IMG/VR virus record: IMGVR_UViG_3300047548_000985
Location: 53,133 to 73,132 of that record
Strand: one strand, 5' to 3'
From: an uncultured virus (IMG/VR IMGVR_UViG_3300047548_000985)
Taxonomy: Duplodnaviria > Heunggongvirae > Uroviricota > Caudoviricetes
DNA length: 20,000 bases
Below the pieces are notes generated by a model. That model had not been told where the DNA came from. It worked only from the letters and a program-made list of their open reading frames with translations, and did no database searches. Below are positions 7,531 to 15,149 of this stretch, in pieces. Position numbers and translations under genes: made by a program. Within the stretch, counting starts at the first letter, position 1; each line of letters opens with the position of its first letter.

Positions 7531-9330
7531 ATGACATATAAGAAACAGTTTAGAAACCCAAATCCTTCGGGAACTATGAGTCCCATATCAGGCTCTAATT
7601 CCAATTCTGGTGCTTGGAACAGCGCGGGAATGAACAACGAAGTAACTGGTGGTTGGAAAAATTACGAGTTTGGTTATAAAAATTATCAGTCAAGATTGCC
7701 TGAGGTTTATACTGGACACCCCAACAGGATTACTCGTTATAATCAATATGAAATGATGGATGTTGATGCAGAGATATGCGCCTGCCTAGATATTATCGCT
7801 GAGTTTAGTACACAAACTAACGAACAAAATAATACTCCTTTTGAGATAAATTGGCATGAACAGCCAACTCCAAATGAAGTTGAGTTAGTAAAAAAGCAAT
7901 TGCAACAATGGTGTAAACTTAATGAATTAGATACAAGAACGTTTAAGATTTTTAGAAATGTTTTAAAGTACGGTGATCAAGTGTTCATTCGTGATCCAGA
8001 AAACTTTAAGCTTTATTGGGTTGATATGACAAAGGTAACAAAGGTCATTGTCAACGAAAGTAAAGGTAAAGAACCAGAGCAATATGTTATTAAAGATATT
8101 AACATAAATTTAGAAAACTTGAGCGTGGCAGAAAAAACTACTACAGATTTCCAAGCTCAACCTCCCACAGCAGGCTATTCTGCACCTTACAGTTATACTG
8201 TTCCTAATGAACCATATGGAACTACTGGCAGTAGATTTAGCTTAGGCGTAAATGAAGCAGCAATCGATGCAAAACATATTGTTCATCTAAGTCTTACTGA
8301 GGGATTAGATAGATATTGGCCCTTTGGACAATCGATCTTAGAAAACATTTTCAAAGTATACAAGCAAAAAGAACTACTAGAAGATGCAATTCTGATTTAT
8401 CGTGTACAACGTGCCCCGGAGCGAAGAATATTTAAGATCGACGTTGGCAACATGCCTACTCATATGGCAATGGCATTTGTTGACAGAATTAAAAATGAAA
8501 TTCATCAACGAAGGATTCCAAGTGTTCAAGGCGGGCAAAGTGTTTTGGATGCAACATATAATCCTTTGTCTATTATGGAAGATTACTTTTTCCCTCAGAA
8601 TTCTGAAGGAAAAGGTTCGACAGTTGATGTGCTGCCAGGTGGACAAAATCTAGGTGAGATTGACGATCTGAAGTACTTCAACAATAGGCTAGCAAGAGGA
8701 TTAAGAGTACCTAGCTCATATCTACCGACTGGTCCAGACGATGCACAAACTCCTTTGAGTGATGGGCGTGTTGGTACAGCGATGATACAGGAATTTAGAT
8801 TCAATCAGTATTGCGAGCGTCTACAGAAGTATGTTTGTCAAAAGTTAGATGACGAATTTAAGTTGTTCATGAGATGGAGAGGATTAAATGTCGATTCAAG
8901 TTTATTCGATATTAAATTTAACCCTCCTCAAAATTTTGCAGCTTACAGACAGAGTGAATTAGATAAAGATCGCGTTTCAACCTTTCAAGCAATTGAAGCA
9001 TTGCCTTACATTAGTAAAAGATTTGCAATGAAAAGGTTCTTGGGATTAACTGAAGAAGAGATTGAAGAAAACTCAACTCTTTGGCATGAAGAACGTTCTG
9101 AACCTGAAGATTCTCAAGTTACCGGCAGTGATCTTAGAAACGTCGGTATTGGTATCGGTGATCTTGAATCAGATATCCAAGCTGGTGAAGAAATTCCACC
9201 TGAAGGGGCGGAAGGTATGGAAGGAATGCCTCCTGAAATGACAGCACCTGTTGCAGGTCCTGAAGGAGGAGCTGGTATGCCGGCGCCTGGTGGAGGAGCA
9301 CCGGCAGGTGGTCCAGGATTGGGAATGTAA
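7531..9330 (+). CDS. gp20: Portal vertex protein (T4 gp20 family, 599 aa)
   Basis: Hallmark motifs LLEDAILIYRVQRAPERRIFKIDVGNMP, MEDYFFP, LPGGQNLGEIDDLKYF, LRVPSSYL. Low-complexity E/G/P C-terminal tail. Confidence 0.96.
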   Translation: MTYKKQFRNPNPSGTMSPISGSNSNSGAWNSAGMNNEVTGGWKNYEFGYKNYQSRLPEVYTGHPNRITRYNQYEMMDVDAEICACLDIIAEFSTQTNEQNNTPFEINWHEQPTPNEVELVKKQLQQWCKLNELDTRTFKIFRNVLKYGDQVFIRDPENFKLYWVDMTKVTKVIVNESKGKEPEQYVIKDININLENLSVAEKTTTDFQAQPPTAGYSAPYSYTVPNEPYGTTGSRFSLGVNEAAIDAKHIVHLSLTEGLDRYWPFGQSILENIFKVYKQKELLEDAILIYRVQRAPERRIFKIDVGNMPTHMAMAFVDRIKNEIHQRRIPSVQGGQSVLDATYNPLSIMEDYFFPQNSEGKGSTVDVLPGGQNLGEIDDLKYFNNRLARGLRVPSSYLPTGPDDAQTPLSDGRVGTAMIQEFRFNQYCERLQKYVCQKLDDEFKLFMRWRGLNVDSSLFDIKFNPPQNFAAYRQSELDKDRVSTFQAIEALPYISKRFAMKRFLGLTEEEIEENSTLWHEERSEPEDSQVTGSDLRNVGIGIGDLESDIQAGEEIPPEGAEGMEGMPPEMTAPVAGPEGGAGMPAPGGGAPAGGPGLGM

Positions 9331-9332
9331 AG

Positions 9333-9340
9333 AATAAATA
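9333..9340 (+). promoter_or_regulatory. Late promoter AATAAATA
   Basis: Intergenic, just after the portal stop; AGGA SD at 9347-9350 before GTG 9359. Confidence 0.6.
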
Positions 9341-9358
9341 GTTAATAGGAATAAAATC

Positions 9359-9583
9359 GTGAAACTATTTGAACTTTATGATCGAGCTATCCCTGGTTAT
9401 CAAGACTTGGAAGATGATAACAGTAAACCAACTTGGAGAGAACTTAGAAAAACCAAGTTGACTTTGCGTCAAATAAGAAAGCTTCGAAAAATGCAGGATG
9501 TAAGATCGTTTGAAAAAGCAGAAAATCTCAAACGGGTTCGAAAACAATACAAGCCTGCTGATCAATCACAACCAATGATGTAA
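9359..9583 (+). CDS. Small basic head-module protein (74 aa), putative prohead core component
   Basis: GTG start with SD; basic amphipathic RKTKLTLRQIRKLRKM; lies between portal and protease genes. Confidence 0.75.
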   Translation: MKLFELYDRAIPGYQDLEDDNSKPTWRELRKTKLTLRQIRKLRKMQDVRSFEKAENLKRVRKQYKPADQSQPMM

Positions 9584-9586
9584 TCT

Positions 9587-9652
9587 CTAGCATTTTTGAT
9601 GCTAGCTTGTCAAAACACGCAAAAAATAGCACTTATTTGGCTATTTTTTGCG
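9587..9652. repeat. Two intergenic inverted repeats (possible terminator/processing hairpins)
   Basis: CTAGCAT-TTTTG-ATGCTAG (9587-9605) and perfect 13-bp CGCAAAAAATAGC-9nt-GCTATTTTTTGCG (9618-9652). Confidence 0.7.
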
Positions 9653-9658
9653 GTGCCA

Positions 9659-9666
9659 TATAAATA
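9659..9666 (+). promoter_or_regulatory. Late promoter TATAAATA
   Basis: Exact consensus; SD AGGAG at 9690-9694 before ATG 9703. Confidence 0.8.
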
Positions 9667-9702
9667 ACTCTATAAAGCCATTTACATTTAGGAGAAATCA
9701 CA

Positions 9703-10617
9703 ATGGATAACAGGAAATTTGAAAAGCTTATTGATTTAATTATCAATGAGAATGAAGAACAAGCCCGTGAACTTTTTCACGAAATCGTGGTAGAAAAGTC
9801 AAGACAAATCTATGAATCATTGATGGACGAAGAAGATGAATCAATGAGTATGCTTGATGAAATTGGAGCAGACTTAGATGTCGAGCAAAGTGGCGGAACA
9901 TTTGAGGATGACGAAGACATGGATATGCCTTTGAGTGATGAGGACGATGGATTTGCTGATGATGAAGAAATTGATCTTGACGCAGATGAGTTAGATGACA
10001 TGTCTGATGATGAGGAACTCGAGGATCGTGTTGTTGATCTAGAAGAAAAACTTGATCAACTTATGGCTGAATTTGAAGAGCTAATGGATCAAGATGATGA
10101 CATGGGCGACGAAGACATGGACGACGAAGACATGGACATGGGCGACGAAGACATGGAAGACGAAGACATGGAAGACGAAGACATGGACATGGACATGGAC
10201 GACGAAGACATGGACATGGAAGACGAAGACATGGAAGACGATGAAGATTCGTTAGATGAATCTGTTCAACTTCAAACAGTAAAGAAAGTTTCACACGGTG
10301 ACAATGGTGCTTATACAACAAGTCCAACACTAACCAAGCCAAGAGTCGTTGCAACTGGCGCAAAGCCAACTGCAATGGGGCAAGCAGGTGAATCTGTTCC
10401 AACTTCAGCTAAAGCTGCTAACAACTATGCAACTAAAGGGCAAGGTCAACTTAAGGGTGCAGGACAATTTAAAAACGCACCAGGACATAAAGGGCAAGAC
10501 TTGTCAGCCGCTCCAAAGGCAAAGACTTCACAAGAGTCAGGTGTAAATACTAAGAGCCCTGTTGCAGAGTCTAGAAGAAGAGCACTTAAGCAACAGTTTG
10601 GTGCAAAGAGAAAATAA
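9703..10617 (+). CDS. Highly acidic putative prohead core protein (304 aa)
   Basis: Strong SD; helical N-terminus, long D/E/M tract, basic C-terminus; sits where T4 has core genes 67/68; contains (I/L/V)xE-S sites. Confidence 0.75.
   Translation: MDNRKFEKLIDLIINENEEQARELFHEIVVEKSRQIYESLMDEEDESMSMLDEIGADLDVEQSGGTFEDDEDMDMPLSDEDDGFADDEEIDLDADELDDMSDDEELEDRVVDLEEKLDQLMAEFEELMDQDDDMGDEDMDDEDMDMGDEDMEDEDMEDEDMDMDMDDEDMDMEDEDMEDDEDSLDESVQLQTVKKVSHGDNGAYTTSPTLTKPRVVATGAKPTAMGQAGESVPTSAKAANNYATKGQGQLKGAGQFKNAPGHKGQDLSAAPKAKTSQESGVNTKSPVAESRRRALKQQFGAKRK
10099..10248 (+). repeat. Coding minisatellite, GACGAAGACATG-based (DEDM)n
   Basis: Multiple imperfect tandem GACGAAGACATG(GAC/GAA) and GACATG units. 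Confidence 0.85.
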
Positions 10618-10677
10618 GGTTTCCGAGGTAAATGGCTTTTATTTTTGTGAATATAGAGATAACGGGGGATTTTGAAA

Positions 10678-11328
10678 ATGTATAATAAACGAGTATTGTG
10701 TGAGTTCATAAGCCCCCGTGTTTTCTCCGGCATTACCGAGTCTGAAGAAATAGAAGTCAATGGTAAAAAAGAGAAAAATCTCTATCTAAAGGGAATCTTT
10801 ATTCAAGGCGATGTTTTAAATGCAAATCAAAGAATATACCCGTCAAGGGAAATTGAAAAAGCAGTTCAAAGCATCAGGGAACAAATAAAAGGAGACTACT
10901 CAATCTTAGGTGAAGCAGATCATCCAGATGATTTAAAGATCAACCTTGATCGCGTGAGTCATGTCATAACTGATATGTGGATGGATGGTTCAAATGGATT
11001 GGGTAAACTTAAAGTTCTACCAACTCCAATGGGTCAGATTATTAAGACAATGTTGGAGAGTGGTGTAAAATTGGGAGTTAGTAGCAGGGGAAGCGGAAAC
11101 GTCGATGATGCTACTGGTAAAGTTAGTGACTTTGAAATCGTCACAGTGGATGTCGTTGCACAACCAAGTGCACCAAATGCCTATCCTACTGCTGTATATG
11201 AAGGCATGTTTAACATGCGTCATGGCCACAAAATGATTGAATTGGCAGAAGAGGCAAGAAACGACAAAAGGGTACAGAGGTATCTAAAAGACGAAGTGGT
11301 TCGTCTGATTAAGGATCTCAAAATTTAA
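10678..11328 (+). CDS. gp21: Prohead protease (T4 gp21 family, 216 aa)
   Basis: LKGIFIQGD..NANQRIYP, catalytic His in GEADHP, catalytic Ser in LGVSSRGSG, DVVAQPSAPNA. ATG 10678 preferred over TTG 10672 (GGGGGA SD at 10664-10669). Confidence 0.95.
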   Translation: MYNKRVLCEFISPRVFSGITESEEIEVNGKKEKNLYLKGIFIQGDVLNANQRIYPSREIEKAVQSIREQIKGDYSILGEADHPDDLKINLDRVSHVITDMWMDGSNGLGKLKVLPTPMGQIIKTMLESGVKLGVSSRGSGNVDDATGKVSDFEIVTVDVVAQPSAPNAYPTAVYEGMFNMRHGHKMIELAEEARNDKRVQRYLKDEVVRLIKDLKI

Positions 11329-11345
11329 AGGGAGTAATGCATAAA

Positions 11346-12449
11346 ATGCTAGAAGCCATAAAACCACTCCTTGATCGCGGTATCATCAATGAAGAAACCA
11401 GCATCGCCATAAACGAAGCATGGGAATCTAAGTTAAACGAGGCCCGCGAGCAAGTTCGTGCTGAACTTCGTGAGGAGTTTGCACAAAAGTATGAACACGA
11501 TAAAAACGTGATGGTCGAAGCCCTTGATAAAATGGTAACTGCAAGCCTTCAGTCTGAAATCGAAGAATTTACGATTGAAAAGCAAGCTATGAATGAAGAC
11601 CGTGTTAAAGCACAAAAGAAATTGCGTGAAAGCGCCGCAAAATTTAATAACTTCCTAGTCACAAAACTAGCAGAAGAAATCAAAGAGTTGCGTTCTGATC
11701 GTGCAATTCAAACCGAAAGTCAAAAGAAATTGGAAGGATTCGTTGTGCATTCTCTTGCAAAAGAAATCAATGAATTTAGCCAAGACAAAAGGGCTGTCGT
11801 TGAAGCTAAGGTCAAACTAGTAGCAGAGGGCAAGAAGCAACTACAGAAGTTAAAACAAAAGTTTGTTGCAGAAAGCGCAGAAAGATTGAATTCAGTTATC
11901 ACTAGTCATCTAAAGGGTGAAATTCGTCAGCTAAAAGAAGATATTACCGCATCTCGTAAGAGCGAGTTTGGTCGTCGTATTTTTGAATCTTTTGCGAGCG
12001 AATATAGTTCAACTTACCTAAATGATAAAGTTGAAATGCGTAAGCTAGTTAATCAGCTTAAGCTAAAAAATAAACAGATTGCTGAAGCCATAAAAGCAGC
12101 TAACCATGCACAAAAATTGGTTGAAAGTAAAGAACGTGAAGTCAGAATCATTAAAGAGTCCAATCTCCGTGAAAAGAAACTAGCAGAACTGCTAGGTAAT
12201 CTAAACGAAGAAAAAGCTAGAGTGATGAAAGACTTACTAGAAAGCGTCCAGACCCCTCGTCTACAGGCCGCTTTCGATAAATATCTTCCAGCAGTACTAA
12301 ACAATGCACCAGCAGAGAAAAGGGGTAAAACCGCTCTAACTGAGAGCAAGCAAGTTATTACTGGAGATAAGACTGCCGTTAAACCACAGGTTGAAGTCGA
12401 AGAACGAGATAACGTTATTGAGATAAAACGCTTGGCAGGGCTGAATTAA
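11346..12449 (+). CDS. gp22: Prohead core scaffolding protein (gp22-like, ~367 aa)
   Basis: Long coiled-coil E/K-rich protein between protease and MCP. ATG 11346 preferred because the GGGAG SD (11330-11334) is only 2 nt from ATG 11337. Confidence 0.85.
   Translation: MLEAIKPLLDRGIINEETSIAINEAWESKLNEAREQVRAELREEFAQKYEHDKNVMVEALDKMVTASLQSEIEEFTIEKQAMNEDRVKAQKKLRESAAKFNNFLVTKLAEEIKELRSDRAIQTESQKKLEGFVVHSLAKEINEFSQDKRAVVEAKVKLVAEGKKQLQKLKQKFVAESAERLNSVITSHLKGEIRQLKEDITASRKSEFGRRIFESFASEYSSTYLNDKVEMRKLVNQLKLKNKQIAEAIKAANHAQKLVESKEREVRIIKESNLREKKLAELLGNLNEEKARVMKDLLESVQTPRLQAAFDKYLPAVLNNAPAEKRGKTALTESKQVITGDKTAVKPQVEVEERDNVIEIKRLAGLN
12276..12283 (+). promoter_or_regulatory. Possible gene-internal late promoter GATAAATA for the major capsid gene
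   Basis: The only plus-strand ATAAATA I found inside a coding region; ~200 nt upstream of the MCP ATG. Confidence 0.4.
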
Positions 12450-12479
12450 AAACGACATATATATAGGAGAAAACAAAAA

Positions 12480-13679
12480 ATGTCAAAAGTTCTATTAGAA
12501 AGCCGTTGGGGCGAAACCAAAGAAGCTCTGTTGGAAGGCCTCAAAGGTACTCGTCGCTCAACAATGGGTGTTATTCTTGAAAACACTCGCAAAACTCTGT
12601 TGCAAGAAAGCTCAGCCGGTACAACTACCGCTGGTAACATTGCAACTCTAAATCGCGTGATTCTACCAGTAATCCGTCGTGTCATGCCAACAGTTATCGC
12701 TAACGAGTTGGTCGGCGTTCAGCCAATGACCGGTCCAGTTGGTCAGATTCACACATTGCGTGTTCGTTATGCTAATAGCTTAAACGACACTAGTGCAGCA
12801 CAAACCAGTGTTACAGCAGGTGAAGAAGCTCTAAGCCCATTCAAAATTGCTCAGGCTTATTCAACCAAAGCTTTACTAGATAACACACCAGCAACTAGCT
12901 ACACTGGTGCTAATACTGCTTCTCTAGAAGGCAATGGTGGTAAGCAGATCAGCGTGCAAATCTTGAGACAGGCTGTTGAAGCTAAGAGTCGTAAGTTACA
13001 AGCTCGCTGGACATTCGAAGCCGCTCAAGACGCACAGTCACAGCATGGTATCGACGTTGAAGCAGAAATCATGGCTGCTTTAGCTCAAGAGATCACTGCT
13101 GAAATTGACCAAGAAATCCTCTTGTCCTTGCGTACACTTGCAACAACTGAAGCAGTTTACGATCAAGCAGCCGTTAGCGGTACTGCTACTTACGTTGGTG
13201 ACGAACACGCTGCACTAGCAGTTCTAATCAATCGTGTTGCAAACTTGATCGCTCAACGTACTCGTCGTGGTGCTGGTAACTGGTGTGTTGTTTCACCGGC
13301 TGCTCTAACAGTTCTACAGAGTGCAACAACTTCGGCTTTTGCTCGCACAACAGAAGGCACTTTCGAAGCCCCAACTAACACCAAGTTCGTTGGTACGCTA
13401 AACGGTGCAATGCGTGTGTTCGTAGACAGCTATGCAACTGATGACAAGCCAGTTCTAGTTGGATACAAAGGCTCAAGCGAGACAGATGCAGCAGCATTCT
13501 ATTGCCCATACATTCCATTGATGAGCAGTGGTGTTGTTCTAGATCCAAATACGTTCGAACCAGTCGTATCATTCATGACACGTTATGGTTACATCGAACT
13601 AACAAACACAGCATCATCGTTCGGTAATGCTGCTGACTATTTGGGTGAAGTCACTCTACAACATCTATCATTCCAGTAA
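12480..13679 (+). CDS. gp23: Major capsid protein (T4 gp23 family, 399 aa)
   Basis: VGVQPMTGPVGQIHTLR, VEAKSRKLQARWTFEAAQD, EITAEIDQEI, GYKGSSETDAAAFYCPYIPL, DPNTFEPVVSFMTRYG; SD AGGAG 12465-12469. Confidence 0.97.
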   Translation: MSKVLLESRWGETKEALLEGLKGTRRSTMGVILENTRKTLLQESSAGTTTAGNIATLNRVILPVIRRVMPTVIANELVGVQPMTGPVGQIHTLRVRYANSLNDTSAAQTSVTAGEEALSPFKIAQAYSTKALLDNTPATSYTGANTASLEGNGGKQISVQILRQAVEAKSRKLQARWTFEAAQDAQSQHGIDVEAEIMAALAQEITAEIDQEILLSLRTLATTEAVYDQAAVSGTATYVGDEHAALAVLINRVANLIAQRTRRGAGNWCVVSPAALTVLQSATTSAFARTTEGTFEAPTNTKFVGTLNGAMRVFVDSYATDDKPVLVGYKGSSETDAAAFYCPYIPLMSSGVVLDPNTFEPVVSFMTRYGYIELTNTASSFGNAADYLGEVTLQHLSFQ

Positions 13680-13697
13680 AAAGGTGATAGTTTAAAT

Positions 13698-13727
13698 ATA
13701 AAAAGGGCGCTTAGGCGCCCTTTTTAT
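13698..13727 (+). terminator. Intrinsic (potentially bidirectional) terminator after the MCP gene
   Basis: ATAAAAAGGGCGC-TTAG-GCGCCCTTTTTAT: GC-rich stem with T5 tail and mirrored A5. Confidence 0.9.
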
Positions 13728-13747
13728 TGGAAAAATACCTTCGTTTA

Positions 13748-13755
13748 GATAAATA
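13748..13755 (+). promoter_or_regulatory. Late promoter GATAAATA
   Basis: Intergenic, 21 nt before ATG 13777. Confidence 0.7.
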
Positions 13756-13776
13756 TAGAAATACATGGATTAAACT

Positions 13777-14628
13777 ATGAACTCAAAACCTTCAAATAAC
13801 GAACAACAAGTAGATGAAGCTATGCCAATGGGTGTTTTCAAGAGGGCAGGCAACAAGCTACTTTCTAAGTTACCCACTTTTGCCCCAAACAAAGCAGGAG
13901 CCGCACAAGGTAGATTAGAAACTGGAAAGCTTGCAAATAAAATAATGCCTGCATACAAAAGGCATTTAGGTCAAATAGGTGAAGAACCTACCCCAGAGAA
14001 TATTATAAAGTTTCTTCGACTTGCAGGTCTTCCTACCACTAAGGCAAGCTCAGTACTAAGCTCACTAACAGCCGAGCCGGCTAGTCCCGCAGCTTCAGTC
14101 GGTGCAGATGCACCTGCTCCAACTCCAGCACCCGCTCCAGCACCTGCTCCAACTACTGCAACAGAGTCTGTAAGAAACATTCTCAACAAGTTGAATGAAG
14201 TTGAATCTGCTCCTAAACTATCTGAGAAACAAATAGCTCAAGTTTTTCTTGCTGCTGCTCAAGAACACGCTTCGTTAAAGGCAGACGCAGAAGCACAACG
14301 AGCATTTTCAGGTAATAGAACAGCACCCGCACCTGCACCAAGTCCTGCACCTGCATCAGGTAGTGCACCTGCACCAAGTCCTGCACCTGCATCAGGTAGT
14401 GCACCTGCACCAAGTCCTGCACCTGCATCAGGTAGTGCACCTGCACCAAGTCCTGCACCTGCATCAGGTAGTGCCCCCGCAGCAAGAACTCCGTATCAAA
14501 AAATAATGGACATGGTAAATGTGATGAATGAAACGGAATTGGAGCAATTACTAAAGGATATAGATAAAGTATTGCAAGGCAAGAAAAATTATTATGTAGA
14601 AAGCAAAATAAGAAGAAGAAATAGGTAA
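13777..14628 (+). CDS. Hypothetical late protein with Pro/Ala-rich repeats (283 aa), candidate head-internal protein
   Basis: Own late promoter; helical segments separated by PA-rich linkers; early VDE-A site resembles a gp21 cleavage site. Confidence 0.75.
   Translation: MNSKPSNNEQQVDEAMPMGVFKRAGNKLLSKLPTFAPNKAGAAQGRLETGKLANKIMPAYKRHLGQIGEEPTPENIIKFLRLAGLPTTKASSVLSSLTAEPASPAASVGADAPAPTPAPAPAPAPTTATESVRNILNKLNEVESAPKLSEKQIAQVFLAAAQEHASLKADAEAQRAFSGNRTAPAPAPSPAPASGSAPAPSPAPASGSAPAPSPAPASGSAPAPSPAPASGSAPAARTPYQKIMDMVNVMNETELEQLLKDIDKVLQGKKNYYVESKIRRRNR
14329..14472 (+). repeat. Four perfect 36-bp tandem repeats encoding APAPSPAPASGS
   Basis: Unit GCACCTGCACCAAGTCCTGCACCTGCATCAGGTAGT at 14329, 14365, 14401, 14437. 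Confidence 0.95.
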
Positions 14629-14633
14629 AAGAA

Positions 14634-14700
14634 TTCTCACTCGGGATGGGAAGACTGAGCATTTCGGTGCTCAATGAGGGTACTTCGGTACCCTCATTTT
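14634..14700 (+). terminator. Three tandem hairpins, two with UUCG loops; the last is terminator-like
   Basis: TTCTCA-CTCGGGA-TGGGAA (14634-14652); TGAGCAT-TTCG-GTGCTCA (14656-14673); ATGAGGGTAC-TTCG-GTACCCTCAT (14674-14697) followed by TTT. Confidence 0.7.
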
Positions 14701-14707
14701 ATAAATA
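14700..14707 (+). promoter_or_regulatory. Late promoter TATAAATA 7 nt before ATG 14715
   Basis: Exact consensus immediately after the hairpin cluster. Confidence 0.8.
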
Positions 14708-14714
14708 CTATACC

Positions 14715-15092
14715 ATGAAAATAAATGAACTTTTAGGCCAAACATCGACACCTAGTGTAGCATATCATGTAACTACAGAAACTAATGCTAAAAGCATCCT
14801 AAGAACAGGATTAGAACCTAGGAATGATGCTCATCACAACTTTTATGATGATGGTCCTAGGATTTATCTCATAGTCGATACTAAGGATATATCTACCGTG
14901 GCAGGATGGTTATCCGCTAGGTTAGAAAATGAAAATTGTCTGCATGAAGAAGATTGCAGTCTTACTTTGTTAAAAATTGATGTAACTGGTTTAGAACTAA
15001 TACCTAGCTTGGGAACAACTTATACAACAAAACCAATCAGCCCGGACCGAATAACAGACTTGGGTTGGAGAGGACTAGGAAGATACTACTAA
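14715..15092 (+). CDS. Small ADP-ribosyltransferase-fold protein (KptA/Tpt1- or DarT-like NAD-binding motifs, 125 aa)
   Basis: AYHVT...NAKSILRTGLEP, IYL, LLKID, Y..KPISPDRI resemble the YHxT...SI...GL.P / (I/V)xL / I.P..I pattern of KptA/Tpt1-related ART folds. Start revised from 14646 to 14715. Confidence 0.65.
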   Translation: MKINELLGQTSTPSVAYHVTTETNAKSILRTGLEPRNDAHHNFYDDGPRIYLIVDTKDISTVAGWLSARLENENCLHEEDCSLTLLKIDVTGLELIPSLGTTYTTKPISPDRITDLGWRGLGRYY

Positions 15093-15119
15093 AGTGCGTC
15101 TATTTTTGGTTACCAAAAT

Positions 15120-15127
15120 GATAAATA
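15120..15127 (+). promoter_or_regulatory. Late promoter GATAAATA preceded by palindrome TTTTGGT-T-ACCAAAA (15104-15118)
   Basis: Intergenic consensus match; AGGGA SD before ATG 15150. Confidence 0.7.
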
Positions 15128-15149
15128 CAAATATATCAGGGAATCAAAG

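Noticed and set aside
7531..13679. Introns, inteins or homing endonucleases in portal, protease or capsid genes
   Set aside because: ORFs are continuous with expected motif spacing; no intein termini or HNH/GIY-YIG/LAGLIDADG motifs seen.
13691..13698. TTTAAATA as a late promoter
   Set aside because: Poorer match that sits immediately before the terminator stem; likely a chance AT-rich hit.
14329..14472. 36-bp repeats of CRISPR-like length
   Set aside because: Head-to-tail with no spacers, in frame within a coding sequence, no cas genes.
14634..14700. tRNA-like cloverleaf
   Set aside because: Three serial hairpins with no enclosing acceptor stem, GTTCRA T-loop or CCA end.
14646..14714. ORF-track start at 14646 for the ART-like gene
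   Set aside because: The extension runs through the hairpin cluster and the late promoter; ATG 14715 fits better.
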